Below, in pieces: positions 17,506 through 27,449 of a stretch of DNA of 64,000 bases. Under the pieces are notes generated by a model. The model saw only the letters and a list, made by a program, of their open reading frames with translations, had not been told where the DNA came from and made no database searches. The position numbers were made by a program, and so were the translations under genes. Position 1 is the stretch's first letter. Each line of letters opens with the position of its first letter. Location: contig CAXXNF010000002.1 of NCBI GenBank assembly GCA_963666365.2, positions 480,001 to 544,000 on the forward strand. Direction: 5' to 3'. The DNA comes from Syntrophales bacterium. GTDB lineage: Bacteria; Desulfobacterota; Syntrophia; Syntrophales; UBA2210.

Positions 17506-20500
17506 ATGTACGTGCAGGGTAAGATGCGGTATTTGACAGTGCTTGTGTGTATTTTTTCCATTTTTATTTTTGCCGGCACTTCCATGGCGCTGTCCGACCT
17601 TCACGGTCGGATCACTGACTCGAAAACGGGGTACGGCATAGAGGGCGCCCTGGTGGGCGTCGACGCCGATCCGGCGGACGGCGTCGACGAAAATGCCGTT
17701 TATACCGATATCTTCGGTTTTTACACACTGACCCAGGTGGAGAGCGGGACCTACGAATTGACTGCCTCCCATCCGGCTTACGAAAGTGGGCTCGTCCCCG
17801 ATCTCGCATTAGCTGACGCAGGCAGAGTGGAACAGTCCCTGGCCCTTACGCCGAAATATGTTGAGCCCACGTTTGATGTGTACCTGCAGGTCAACTGTGT
17901 GGTGACCAGTCTTGCGCTGAAGGATGTGCCGGTGGAAATGACCGTCACGCCGCTTAAACCCGGAATTTTCGGCGCACAGGTGACCCGAAGCGGAAAGACC
18001 GACAGCAATGGATTTCTGCATTTCAAGGGACTTCCGGCCGGTTTTTTCTCCTTTACGGTGAATAAGGGAACAGGCGCGATACCGGGATGGGGAGAATATC
18101 AGGGCAGTCCGATGGCTTCTTTGTCGGGTCCTCATACAGCAAATGTCGGACTGATGCCGGTGCTGGACTACATCGATGTACAGGTCTACGGGTTCGATCC
18201 GGTGACCGAAGAAGAAGGGGTGCTACTGGAAGGTATGTATGTTGAGGCCACCGGTGTGGACCCGAATCGGATCGATCATGATCTGCTGCCCACGCGCACG
18301 GGCGTTTCCGCCATCACCAAGGAAAATCCGGAAGGAACGCCTACTGAAAAAATCTGGAACAACAGCCGCAAAGGGAAGGTCCGGTTCACCGGGCTTCCCC
18401 CCATAGACTGGATGATCGACTGCAAGCGCCTCGGCTATGAACCAAAGAACCGCCACATCCGCACGGACGACCAGGCCCGGTTTTTCTATGATGATGCGGC
18501 CAAAAAGAGTATCCGCGTCGATATGGTCATGCTCGACACCCGTCTGAGCGTGGTCGTGGACTCCGATTACCGGGACCGGAAGATGCTGGGTGGAAAAATT
18601 ACCGTCAAGATCCAGGGTCTCAAAGACACCAACACGGCCGGCATCGAACGGGAGGGTACGGTGACCTATGACGCCGCGAAGGACCGTGCCGAGGTCGAAT
18701 TTGATCGGATTCTCCCCGGGACCTACCGGCTGACCGCCGAAGGTACAACGCAAAAGAAAATTGAAATCAGGGCCGGCAATTCCGAAACGGGAGAACGGAT
18801 AGAGAGCAAGTATTTTGACATTCGTTTTACCGCCGAGACCTATGTGGATGCGTTGCCTGATATTGACAGAGAAATCGACGTGCACCTGGATCCCTGTCCC
18901 ATGACCTTCCGGGGACAGCTGGTGCGCGTGGACGAAGAGGCGCAGAGTCTCTCCAGTTCGGACTATATTCATGTGCCGACTCAGGCGTCGGGCATTACCT
19001 TCCGGGTTTCGGAATATATGGCCGACATGATTCCTCAGGTCCACCGGGTGATCACTGTCGACTCGGACGAGAAGGGGGAATTCACCGTCAATCTGCTGCC
19101 CGGTCTGTACGGTATTGTGGTGCCGGGAATGGACGACTACTGGGGTGAGGCGGTGGAAACAGTGCCGGCCGACGGCGGTATGCGCGAATACGAAGGATGG
19201 CCCTACTACCAGATATGGCCCTTCAGTGCGGCGGCGGCACGGGATAATTTCCATTACAATGCGGGGGGGATCGCCGTCGGTTCCGACCAGGAACTGCGGG
19301 GCATGCTGTTCATCCGCAAAGATTGGGTTAATGTGGACTGCAATATCGTCATCGGCGACGACCCGACGGCAAATCAGGTGGTGGCCATCGACAAGTCCGA
19401 CGGACCCGGCAAGTATGTAAAGCAACTGATAAACTACTATGATGTGCTGGAAGACAACCCTTCACTGAGCCTCATCGGTCCCAGCGGTCAGACCTTTCCC
19501 GTGACGATGCGTCACGGGTCGCCCCATGTGCGTTTTGAGAAAGTGCTGCCCGGCAGCTATCGTGTGACGCTTACCCATCCGCGCTATGGGGTGAGCAGCC
19601 CGGTTTCTTTCGATTATTTTGATTTCAATGCACCGGGAGAACTGCCGGCCACGGCGCCACCCGCCTACACCATGGACAGCCCTCATCCCATGCTCCCCTT
19701 CGATCTGGAAGTTCCCATAGCGTATACAAGCCCCGGCAGCACCGAAATCAAAATCAACCAGTGGGTGCCGGAACAAACCGATCCCTACGTGCCCGGTCAC
19801 TACGTAGTCGTCAGTAGTGACGCCATGCCGTCATACCTGAAAGCAGGGTATGCCGGTGAACGCATATTCAATTATGGGGGGAAGGTGCCCGCCAGCGCCT
19901 ACACGGTCTGGCTCGACCTGAACCACTATTTTGACAGCGGCGAAAACCACTGGTACAAACTGGAAAGCGGCGGCGGCGACCTGGAAACCGAAATCTTTAT
20001 CCCGAGCCCGGATGGGATTCCCGGCCCAGATCCAACCGCCACGGCGGCGCCTCTGGATGTCGCCTACAGTCTGACCGTCGAAGCCCGGAATGTCAATGAT
20101 CCCGACGGTCCTGCCATTACCGGCGTTACTGTGCCCTTTGACGACGGAATCGTTCGTACATCGGGCAGTACCTATTCGGGCCTCACCGGTTCGATGGGCT
20201 ATGATAGAAATACCATTACCCATCCAAACTGGTCCTACGGGTATCTTGATACCCTTTCGGTGAGCACGGTGTCGGCCAACGCGCCAGCCGTTACCATTAC
20301 CATCTACATGAAAGAGGGCATGGCCATCCGCGGCGCCATCACCAATATAAATACGACAAGCGCCATTCCTGAGGCAAGCATCACTGTGACGAAACGCCAC
20401 GGAGGCGGCGCCATTTTCGGTCCTCCTTCCGGTGCGGACGGGAAATTTGAGTTTCCCTTTACCTGGGAAGGGAATCAAATCTACTATATCGAGGTCAACG

Positions 20501-23500
20501 CCAAGGGATATCAGACCTATCGAAGGCGGCTGAACCCCGACGATGCAACGCAGGATCAAAGTGATCCACGAACAAAGGAACATAATCTGGACATCACACT
20601 GATTCCGCTTGTGGGGCCGGAGATTGCCGACAGCGACGTACGCTTTGACCGCTGCGGGTCCTTTCTTCCCTCAGTAAGCCGGGCCGGGAATCAGAGCGCC
20701 TTCAACGCCCTCAGAGCTGACGAGCAGTTGACCCTTACATGGAATCTGGCCGCCACCCGAAAGCAGCACACCTACACACTGCCTCAATTCGACGATCCGG
20801 AAGGGAATACCCGCGGGGATGTTACCCTCGATCCCTGGGATGACATTGCCGAGGTGTGGCTGGTGGATCTACGCAGTTTTGCAAACAACGCCTATGACGA
20901 TGATGCGCAGGCTCTCACCGTGCCGTCGGCGAACGACCCCCACCTGATTCACGCCTGGCTGGCCAGGATCAGCAACGGTGATGAAACAGCGCCCAACGTG
21001 TTTCATCAGAAGATACTGCGTTTCAGCGCCGGCGCCGACGAGAATCAGAAGAGAGCGCAGGGAAAGGTGAAGTTGTGGAGACTTCCTCCCGATAAATTTG
21101 CGCCCACCTTTGTGGCCGTATCGCGCATGGGCGCGGTTACCGTCTACCCCTTTCACGAAAAGGAGGCTTACATAGGCAAGGAACTGACGGGGATGCGTCT
21201 GCCTCCATGGATGGGATTCCTGGCAAATGTCCTCGGCACAGTGGCCGGCACACAGGCGACGATTGCCCAGGTGGAACAGTTCATGCCAGAAGGAAGGTTT
21301 AAGGCATTACCCGCGTTTACCGCCAATATCGAACTGGTCGACGACTTCTATCTGGATTACCAGTACGCCATCGATGTAAACCTCAAGGAGGGCATGGACG
21401 GACCGGCCCAGAAGCTGGTGGGTCTGGCGCCCGGCATTATCGGACTTGATCTCACGGCAAAACTGGAGGCCGGCATGAACGGTCAGGAACGCAAATTCCA
21501 TATTGCCGTGGAGGGCGGTATTTCGCGCAATGAAGTCAATCGTGACGGATTTAAACCATCCTTCTTCAGGCATGTCGGTGTGGGCGTGGATCTCCACCCG
21601 GCGCCCTACGGTTCAATCGGCACCAAGGCGTCCCAAAGTCTCAGCGCAGAAAATATGCCCAACGATTTTCAGATTACCCATGAAGTGAGCGGTACCGTGG
21701 GGGCCAAGGTTTCAGTCAGTATCCTCAAGATCCTTCAGAAGATCCCCTATGTGGGGCCGGTGCTTCTGCTGGCGGAAAAGGCCCAGGCCATCAACAAGGC
21801 CGATGCCTATGTGCGGGGACTGATCGGTCTGACCTCGACCACCAACTGGCGTACAGTCTTTCCCCACGAGATCGAACACTACAGTGTCGTTAGCGCCGAG
21901 AAACGCCAGCTTCGGCGACATTTTCTCGGCGGCAACGAAAAAGGGGAAAACGAACCGGAAACAGAAAATCTAAAAACAAAATTTGACATCTGTTTCGGCT
22001 TCGGCGTGGGGCTTGAAGCCGCGGCCATCGGCAACCGCGTCGGCGCAAGCGGGGAAATCGCCCTGGCCGGTGAAAATTGCGGAAAGACCAAAGAACCGGC
22101 TCTGACCATAGAGACGAATCCCCTCGGCGACTGGCCCCCCATCCGCCGCATATCAGGCGACGTGAGGGCCACGCTCAACGCCTATCTCGATGCCTGGATC
22201 ACCACGATCGAGAAGGAGTATGTGTGGACGGCCATCACGTTCGATATCCCCATGGGTGAAAAAGAAGAGGCGGCCGCGCAGGGCGCACGGGCGCCCATGG
22301 CCCTTGAATACCCGAAAACCACCTTTACACTGACACCTATGCAGATCAAGGTGACCGAGGTGTGGCGGAACGAGTACCCGCCGGTCGATTTTGAGGGAGA
22401 ACGGCCCCAGGTGATTCGAGACTTTGTCCCCATGGGAGATTATGCTCTGTCATCGGGCGACGGTCAGATCATGCTTTATACTGATATGATCGCAGGGGAT
22501 ACTATGCTGTTAAAAGCTGCAGCGCGAAACGGCGGCGCCTGGGGGGATGTGCGCACGCTTACGCAGACCGAAGGCGCTATTGTTGATGCGGCGGCAGCCG
22601 CTGCAGGTGACGCCTGCATGGCCGTGTGGAGCGAAATTTCTTCAGGTGATGTCAACAATATCTACGCGCCGTCTACTATTCGCTATATTCTTCGAAACGC
22701 TTCAGGCGAATGGTCCGAGGCGGGCACCGTGGCTGCCCTGGACGGCCTCGGCATCGAATTGCGTCTTATTCCCCTGGGAAACACTATGGCACTGGTATAT
22801 CTGGAAACGGACGAGGGGCCCGGCGCGGACACCTTTGCGATTCAGGGAACGGTATGGGACGGGAGCGCCTGGAGTGCGCCGGTGGAAATTGCTTCCTACA
22901 GGGATATGATCGATTTCGATGCCGCCGGGTCGACGGATCTGTCGACTCAACCCGCCTGTATCGTCTATGCAGACCTTGAAGGAGTCCTGCATGCAATCGA
23001 CTGGCATGGTGCGGAAACCGCAACCGTGCCCTACGAACCGCTCTCCGAAGCGTCGGTTACGGCCGAGGATATCAGCCTGATTTTCGGAGGCGACAACTAT
23101 CATTATCTGGCCTATGCAGACAAAAACGGCGGCATCGGCCTTGCAACACGTTCACCGGGCACCGCATGGGCCGATCGGGGTATATGTTTTGCCGATATCG
23201 ATCCGGGGGATTTGAAGATCGCCTTCCTCGAGGAATCGACGGCGCCGATGCTTTTCTATGTCTGGACCGAAGGCGGCGGGGTGAGTTCGCTGCAGTACGG
23301 GTATTCCGATACGGACGGAACACTGCTTGTTCCTGCATCGGATCTTACCGGAAACACCGCAGGGAGCTATTTCGATATCGCACTTCTGCCGGAACGGGAG
23401 CAGCAGACTATAGTAATGGCACGATTCCGGAATAATGCGGTGGAAGAACTCCGTTCCTTTACAGTGTCCTATCCCGGCGGTCCGGTGTTCAGCGATATCG

Positions 23501-23853
23501 ACAAGGACGGTATGGAGGACCGCATGGAGTTGCTGGTGATTGACGCGGACACAGAGGACGACATCCATACGATTTACGATGTGGCTCCCGGAGACGATTT
23601 TGACGGTGACGGATACGGCAACGCGGAAGAGATCCGCGCCGGCACCGATCCTTCATGGGCCGGTGATCACCCCTGGTACGGGGACATACGACGTGACGGC
23701 GTGCTCGATCTGGCTGATGTGATAGTAGGACTCCAGCTACTGACGAGTACGCACGGGGCATACACGGACACTGTTGCCGACGTCAACCTGGACGGCTGTA
23801 TCGGACATTACGAAATACTCTATGTGCTCCGCGCACTTTCAAAAGCACAATGA
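17506..23853 (+). CDS. Giant secreted multidomain protein (2115 aa): carboxypeptidase-regulatory-like/Ig repeats, beta-rich core, Ca-binding repeats, C-terminal dockerin-like duplex
   Basis: Signal peptide (TSMA|LSD). G.ITD..TG..I.GA.V...TD..G.Y.L..V..GTYELTASHPAY type repeats. DIDKDGMED and DFDGDGYGNAEEIRAGTDP. GDIRRDGVLDLADVIVGLQLL / ADVNLDGCIGHYEILYVLRAL. Confidence 0.8.
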   Translation: MYVQGKMRYLTVLVCIFSIFIFAGTSMALSDLHGRITDSKTGYGIEGALVGVDADPADGVDENAVYTDIFGFYTLTQVESGTYELTASHPAYESGLVPDLALADAGRVEQSLALTPKYVEPTFDVYLQVNCVVTSLALKDVPVEMTVTPLKPGIFGAQVTRSGKTDSNGFLHFKGLPAGFFSFTVNKGTGAIPGWGEYQGSPMASLSGPHTANVGLMPVLDYIDVQVYGFDPVTEEEGVLLEGMYVEATGVDPNRIDHDLLPTRTGVSAITKENPEGTPTEKIWNNSRKGKVRFTGLPPIDWMIDCKRLGYEPKNRHIRTDDQARFFYDDAAKKSIRVDMVMLDTRLSVVVDSDYRDRKMLGGKITVKIQGLKDTNTAGIEREGTVTYDAAKDRAEVEFDRILPGTYRLTAEGTTQKKIEIRAGNSETGERIESKYFDIRFTAETYVDALPDIDREIDVHLDPCPMTFRGQLVRVDEEAQSLSSSDYIHVPTQASGITFRVSEYMADMIPQVHRVITVDSDEKGEFTVNLLPGLYGIVVPGMDDYWGEAVETVPADGGMREYEGWPYYQIWPFSAAAARDNFHYNAGGIAVGSDQELRGMLFIRKDWVNVDCNIVIGDDPTANQVVAIDKSDGPGKYVKQLINYYDVLEDNPSLSLIGPSGQTFPVTMRHGSPHVRFEKVLPGSYRVTLTHPRYGVSSPVSFDYFDFNAPGELPATAPPAYTMDSPHPMLPFDLEVPIAYTSPGSTEIKINQWVPEQTDPYVPGHYVVVSSDAMPSYLKAGYAGERIFNYGGKVPASAYTVWLDLNHYFDSGENHWYKLESGGGDLETEIFIPSPDGIPGPDPTATAAPLDVAYSLTVEARNVNDPDGPAITGVTVPFDDGIVRTSGSTYSGLTGSMGYDRNTITHPNWSYGYLDTLSVSTVSANAPAVTITIYMKEGMAIRGAITNINTTSAIPEASITVTKRHGGGAIFGPPSGADGKFEFPFTWEGNQIYYIEVNAKGYQTYRRRLNPDDATQDQSDPRTKEHNLDITLIPLVGPEIADSDVRFDRCGSFLPSVSRAGNQSAFNALRADEQLTLTWNLAATRKQHTYTLPQFDDPEGNTRGDVTLDPWDDIAEVWLVDLRSFANNAYDDDAQALTVPSANDPHLIHAWLARISNGDETAPNVFHQKILRFSAGADENQKRAQGKVKLWRLPPDKFAPTFVAVSRMGAVTVYPFHEKEAYIGKELTGMRLPPWMGFLANVLGTVAGTQATIAQVEQFMPEGRFKALPAFTANIELVDDFYLDYQYAIDVNLKEGMDGPAQKLVGLAPGIIGLDLTAKLEAGMNGQERKFHIAVEGGISRNEVNRDGFKPSFFRHVGVGVDLHPAPYGSIGTKASQSLSAENMPNDFQITHEVSGTVGAKVSVSILKILQKIPYVGPVLLLAEKAQAINKADAYVRGLIGLTSTTNWRTVFPHEIEHYSVVSAEKRQLRRHFLGGNEKGENEPETENLKTKFDICFGFGVGLEAAAIGNRVGASGEIALAGENCGKTKEPALTIETNPLGDWPPIRRISGDVRATLNAYLDAWITTIEKEYVWTAITFDIPMGEKEEAAAQGARAPMALEYPKTTFTLTPMQIKVTEVWRNEYPPVDFEGERPQVIRDFVPMGDYALSSGDGQIMLYTDMIAGDTMLLKAAARNGGAWGDVRTLTQTEGAIVDAAAAAAGDACMAVWSEISSGDVNNIYAPSTIRYILRNASGEWSEAGTVAALDGLGIELRLIPLGNTMALVYLETDEGPGADTFAIQGTVWDGSAWSAPVEIASYRDMIDFDAAGSTDLSTQPACIVYADLEGVLHAIDWHGAETATVPYEPLSEASVTAEDISLIFGGDNYHYLAYADKNGGIGLATRSPGTAWADRGICFADIDPGDLKIAFLEESTAPMLFYVWTEGGGVSSLQYGYSDTDGTLLVPASDLTGNTAGSYFDIALLPEREQQTIVMARFRNNAVEELRSFTVSYPGGPVFSDIDKDGMEDRMELLVIDADTEDDIHTIYDVAPGDDFDGDGYGNAEEIRAGTDPSWAGDHPWYGDIRRDGVLDLADVIVGLQLLTSTHGAYTDTVADVNLDGCIGHYEILYVLRALSKAQ

Positions 23854-23862
23854 TTGAATGTG

Positions 23863-25986
23863 CTATTGATACACTACAGTCAGCCACGCAATGGGAATGT
23901 CGGAAACTTTTTCGACAGTGTGGCCGAGAAGGTCGTTCTGATAGATGATGTAGTACGCCTCCGACCTCGAGGTGTCGCGTGAGTAATAGGAGTAGGGACC
24001 TCCCCCGTATATGCCTGCATTCGCATACACGAAAAACTCCAGGTAAAGCGATCCTTCTGAGGCATTAATCCAGGGTGTTGCGATTTCCACGAGATCCGAG
24101 GCAGTCAGATTGTCGTGGTAAGTCATTGCAATAAGATTGCCGCCGGTATCCAGCAAACGAAGGGAAACCTTTCCCGTGTCCGTGGTAACCGGAATGTGCA
24201 CGACGGTCGTAGAGCCCGAGATGACCGGATCAGGATCAAAATAAGGCTGTCCGGTGGCGTAGGGAACGCCGGGCAGTGGATTGTCTGGATTGACCGTTCC
24301 TTTGCAGATTCCACCCGTGCACAGATCGTTTTCCGTTACCGGGTCCCCGTCGTCACAGGGGGTGCCGTTTGCTACCGGAGAGCTTTGACATTGGCCTGTA
24401 TCCGGATTGCAGGAATCCTCTGTACAGGGGTTGCCGTCGTTGCATACTTTGGGTGTGCCCGTACACCTTCCGCTTGAGCATTTGTCGTTTATGGTACATG
24501 GGTTTCCATCATCACACGTTGCCCCCCATGCCTTGGGTCTGTGTACGCACTGATGACTTTTCAGGTCATAGGCATCCCAGGTGCAGGAATTGCCGTCTTC
24601 GCAATCGGGAATTGAATAGTCGGCATCGGAAAGGATAAAAAAATCCGAACCTCTTTCAGTTTCTATGTCCCCGAGCATGGAATCAAAGGCGATATCCAGG
24701 GCGCTGCAATCTCTTGTTACAGAGCCTGCTTTCATGATAACGCCTGTTTCGACCGAGACTATTCTCCAGGAAAACTCGCATTTGCAGGAGCAGTCACGGG
24801 GATCGCAGTAACTGTAAAAGCTTAAGAACAGCAGGTAATGGGCGCCACGGAAGTACCCTTCCGGTTCTACCAGCCGAAAATCGCTGTTTTGTATTCGCTG
24901 CCCGAGTTTCTGGTAACTTTCCAACACTTCAAGATCGCTTCCAAGACGGATGGTCGCTTTAACGTAGTTGCCGCATGGGGAGGGTTGCGGGGAGTCCTTT
25001 ATCTCTAAATGATCGGCGGTGAAGTTTACTCCCTGTGTGGCAAATGAAGCCTGCAATTCTGAAAGGATATCGACATCCGGGCAGGTGCAGCTTCCTGTAT
25101 GGACAGGCACTGCCTGCATTTCGTTCGCTATGCTCTGAAGAGTGCTTTCTGCCGGTGTTCGAACGCCGGCGCCGTCAGAGGTGAAAATTTTTACCGCATT
25201 GTTTTCACCGACAACAAAATCGGAGCCGGCTTCCGTGGTAACGTGAAGTAATATTCCCTTAGAAGGGTCCACATCGGCAAGTCCCTTTACCGCTCCATCG
25301 GAAATCCTTTTTATTCCATCTATGTACAGGGAATAGGTCGCTGAAAAATTATCGCCGTGGGGCGTGCCGGCGAGAAACGACGTCAGTGTGTTGTGCTGTA
25401 TGCCATAGCCCCACGCACTGTCCTGGGTATCAAACAAGAGTACCCGCACCGTATCTACAGGTTCCGGATTTCCTTCCGGTGGGGTATATGATCCTATAGC
25501 TACGCGCACATCGAATCCTTCGCTGTTAAAGTCAATGGCAGGCATTTTCAATGCCGGTCCCTCGTCTCCGTTGCGATAAAAGGTAAGATCCAGCTCCGGG
25601 AACGCGCTGTCGGCAAAAGCCGTTTCCGTTACGATACGTTCCAGATAGGCATCGATGTAAGGTTGGAGGGTTGCATGTAGCAGGGCAATCGTCGTAAGCA
25701 TGCAGAGGGCATCACTGGTGCTGACGACACCGTCGCCGTCGACATCGCCGACAGGCGCGACGGGCCCCCTATCGATGCCGGTCACAAGGCTGAGAACGAA
25801 AATGACATCGCTGAGGGTCAGCTTTTGATCCGCATTTATATCTCCCAGTATTTGCGCATTTTCCGACTGCACAGTTCTGGCGGTGGACATATCGTATTTG
25901 TTAAAAAGGGCCTCCGCGCCGGCCGTGGCAGGCAATGCAAGCAGCCACAAGGTTGCAAGTACAATGATAATGGTTCTCTTCATCAT
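23863..25986 (-). CDS. Secreted protein with N-terminal dockerin-like duplex, CsgG/TolB-N-like segment and Cys-rich CDDGNPCT repeats
   Basis: AAGGAGG RBS before ATG 25986 and signal peptide (ATAGA|E). GDINADQKLTLSDVIFVL / GDVDGDGVVSTSDALCML. Four C.DG[ND]-type repeats at about 24297-24603. Confidence 0.8.
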   Translation of the reverse strand: MMKRTIIIVLATLWLLALPATAGAEALFNKYDMSTARTVQSENAQILGDINADQKLTLSDVIFVLSLVTGIDRGPVAPVGDVDGDGVVSTSDALCMLTTIALLHATLQPYIDAYLERIVTETAFADSAFPELDLTFYRNGDEGPALKMPAIDFNSEGFDVRVAIGSYTPPEGNPEPVDTVRVLLFDTQDSAWGYGIQHNTLTSFLAGTPHGDNFSATYSLYIDGIKRISDGAVKGLADVDPSKGILLHVTTEAGSDFVVGENNAVKIFTSDGAGVRTPAESTLQSIANEMQAVPVHTGSCTCPDVDILSELQASFATQGVNFTADHLEIKDSPQPSPCGNYVKATIRLGSDLEVLESYQKLGQRIQNSDFRLVEPEGYFRGAHYLLFLSFYSYCDPRDCSCKCEFSWRIVSVETGVIMKAGSVTRDCSALDIAFDSMLGDIETERGSDFFILSDADYSIPDCEDGNSCTWDAYDLKSHQCVHRPKAWGATCDDGNPCTINDKCSSGRCTGTPKVCNDGNPCTEDSCNPDTGQCQSSPVANGTPCDDGDPVTENDLCTGGICKGTVNPDNPLPGVPYATGQPYFDPDPVISGSTTVVHIPVTTDTGKVSLRLLDTGGNLIAMTYHDNLTASDLVEIATPWINASEGSLYLEFFVYANAGIYGGGPYSYYSRDTSRSEAYYIIYQNDLLGHTVEKVSDIPIAWLTVVYQ

Positions 25987-26111
25987 CGCTGTCACCTCCT
26001 TTAGCAGGGATATTTCCCTGTGTGTGAAAAACCTTGAGAGCGTTGAAAACGTTTTGATAGAGAGAATTCAAAAGTTTATAACGATCCTGTCACTTAGATA
26101 GGGAAGTGTTC

Positions 26112-27449
26112 CTATCGCATGGACCGTGCAACTTCTTCCTGCAGCGCGATCAACGAATTCGAGATGAAGACAGGGTAGGGGGGCGTCGTGTCCAGTGCCC
26201 GAAGATGTTCCGGTAGAGCGTGTAGCTGTGATCGAACGTACGCTCGTAGTTCCTCCAGCTTTCGGGGGGAAGCTGTGCGGCGGCCGCCGCTCATGACCTT
26301 GAAAATAAGCGGTGTTCCCCGGGACGTTTCGTTTTCCCGCGTCAGCAAGTCTTGTACCATGATTCCGTCGGCAATTTCCCGGAATATCTGTTTTCGACCC
26401 GGAATGGTGGCTTTCCCCGACGATTTTTTCATGCGCGGTGTTCCCGCATATTCCATCATTTTATAGGCGCACTCAAGATAGGGTGCGTCTTCCGACGTGT
26501 CGAGCTTGGTGCCAACACCAAAACCATTGATCGGCGCTCCTCGGGACAAAAGATCTCTGATGCCATATTCATCGAGATTGCCACTGACAAAAATTTTAAC
26601 ATCGGCACACCCGTTTTGATCAAGGATATGACGCACTTCCCTGGATTGAGCGCAGAGGTCTCCGCTGTCGATGCGGACGGCATTCACTGCAATGCCCTTC
26701 TCTGCCAGTATTCTCGACGCTTTCACGGCGGTTGCAGCGCCCCTGGCTACGTCATAGGTGTCGATCAGAAGCGTGGTGTTGGTGGGATTGGCCTCTGAAA
26801 AATTGAGAAAGGCGTCGAGTTCGCTGTCGTGCGCTTCAATATAGGAATGGGCCATGGTGCCGACGATGGGAATGCCGAATGCGGGTTCTGCGAGAACTGT
26901 TGCCGTGCCTCCAAATCCCGCTATATAGCTGGCCCGCGCTGCCAGAAGTCCCGCTTCGGCGCCGTGCGCCCGTCTCAGCCCGAAATCGACCAACACGGGC
27001 CTGTCGGCAGCGGCAAGTACGGCGCGGGCCGCTTTGCTTGCAATAATGGTTTCAAAGTGCAGGATATTGATCAGTCGGCTTTCGATCAGTTGTGCTTCAG
27101 GGAGGGGGGCAACCACGCGCAGCACCGGCTCGTTTTCAAAAAAGACCGTTCCCTCGTCCAGGGCATGGATGTCGCCGCTGAAACGGAAATGCGCCAGATA
27201 GTCGAGAAGCTTTTTCGAAAATCTTCCTGTTCCTGCAAGGTAGCGCAATTCCTCTTCCGTGAAGTGCAATTGGTCCAGAAAAGAAAGAAGCGTTTCAAGA
27301 CCGGCGGCAAGAAGAAATCCGCGGTGTGGAGGAAGACTGCGCACATAAAACTCAAAGACCGCCGTTTCATGCATGTCCCGTGAGATGTATCCTTCCAGCA
27401 TTGTCAACTGGTAAAGGTCGGTCAGAAGGGGGCTCAGTAAAGGGTTCAT
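26112..27449 (-). CDS. pncB: Nicotinate phosphoribosyltransferase
   Basis: LLTDLYQLTM, DFGLRRAHG, GTMAHS, LLIDTYD, VRIDSGDL, GFGVGT. Confidence 0.93.
   Translation of the reverse strand: MNPLLSPLLTDLYQLTMLEGYISRDMHETAVFEFYVRSLPPHRGFLLAAGLETLLSFLDQLHFTEEELRYLAGTGRFSKKLLDYLAHFRFSGDIHALDEGTVFFENEPVLRVVAPLPEAQLIESRLINILHFETIIASKAARAVLAAADRPVLVDFGLRRAHGAEAGLLAARASYIAGFGGTATVLAEPAFGIPIVGTMAHSYIEAHDSELDAFLNFSEANPTNTTLLIDTYDVARGAATAVKASRILAEKGIAVNAVRIDSGDLCAQSREVRHILDQNGCADVKIFVSGNLDEYGIRDLLSRGAPINGFGVGTKLDTSEDAPYLECAYKMMEYAGTPRMKKSSGKATIPGRKQIFREIADGIMVQDLLTRENETSRGTPLIFKVMSGGRRTASPRKLEELRAYVRSQLHALPEHLRALDTTPPYPVFISNSLIALQEEVARSMR

Noticed and set aside
18223..20583. 400-aa and 250-aa minus-strand ORFs
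   Set aside because: Antisense shadows of the GC3-rich 2115-aa gene.
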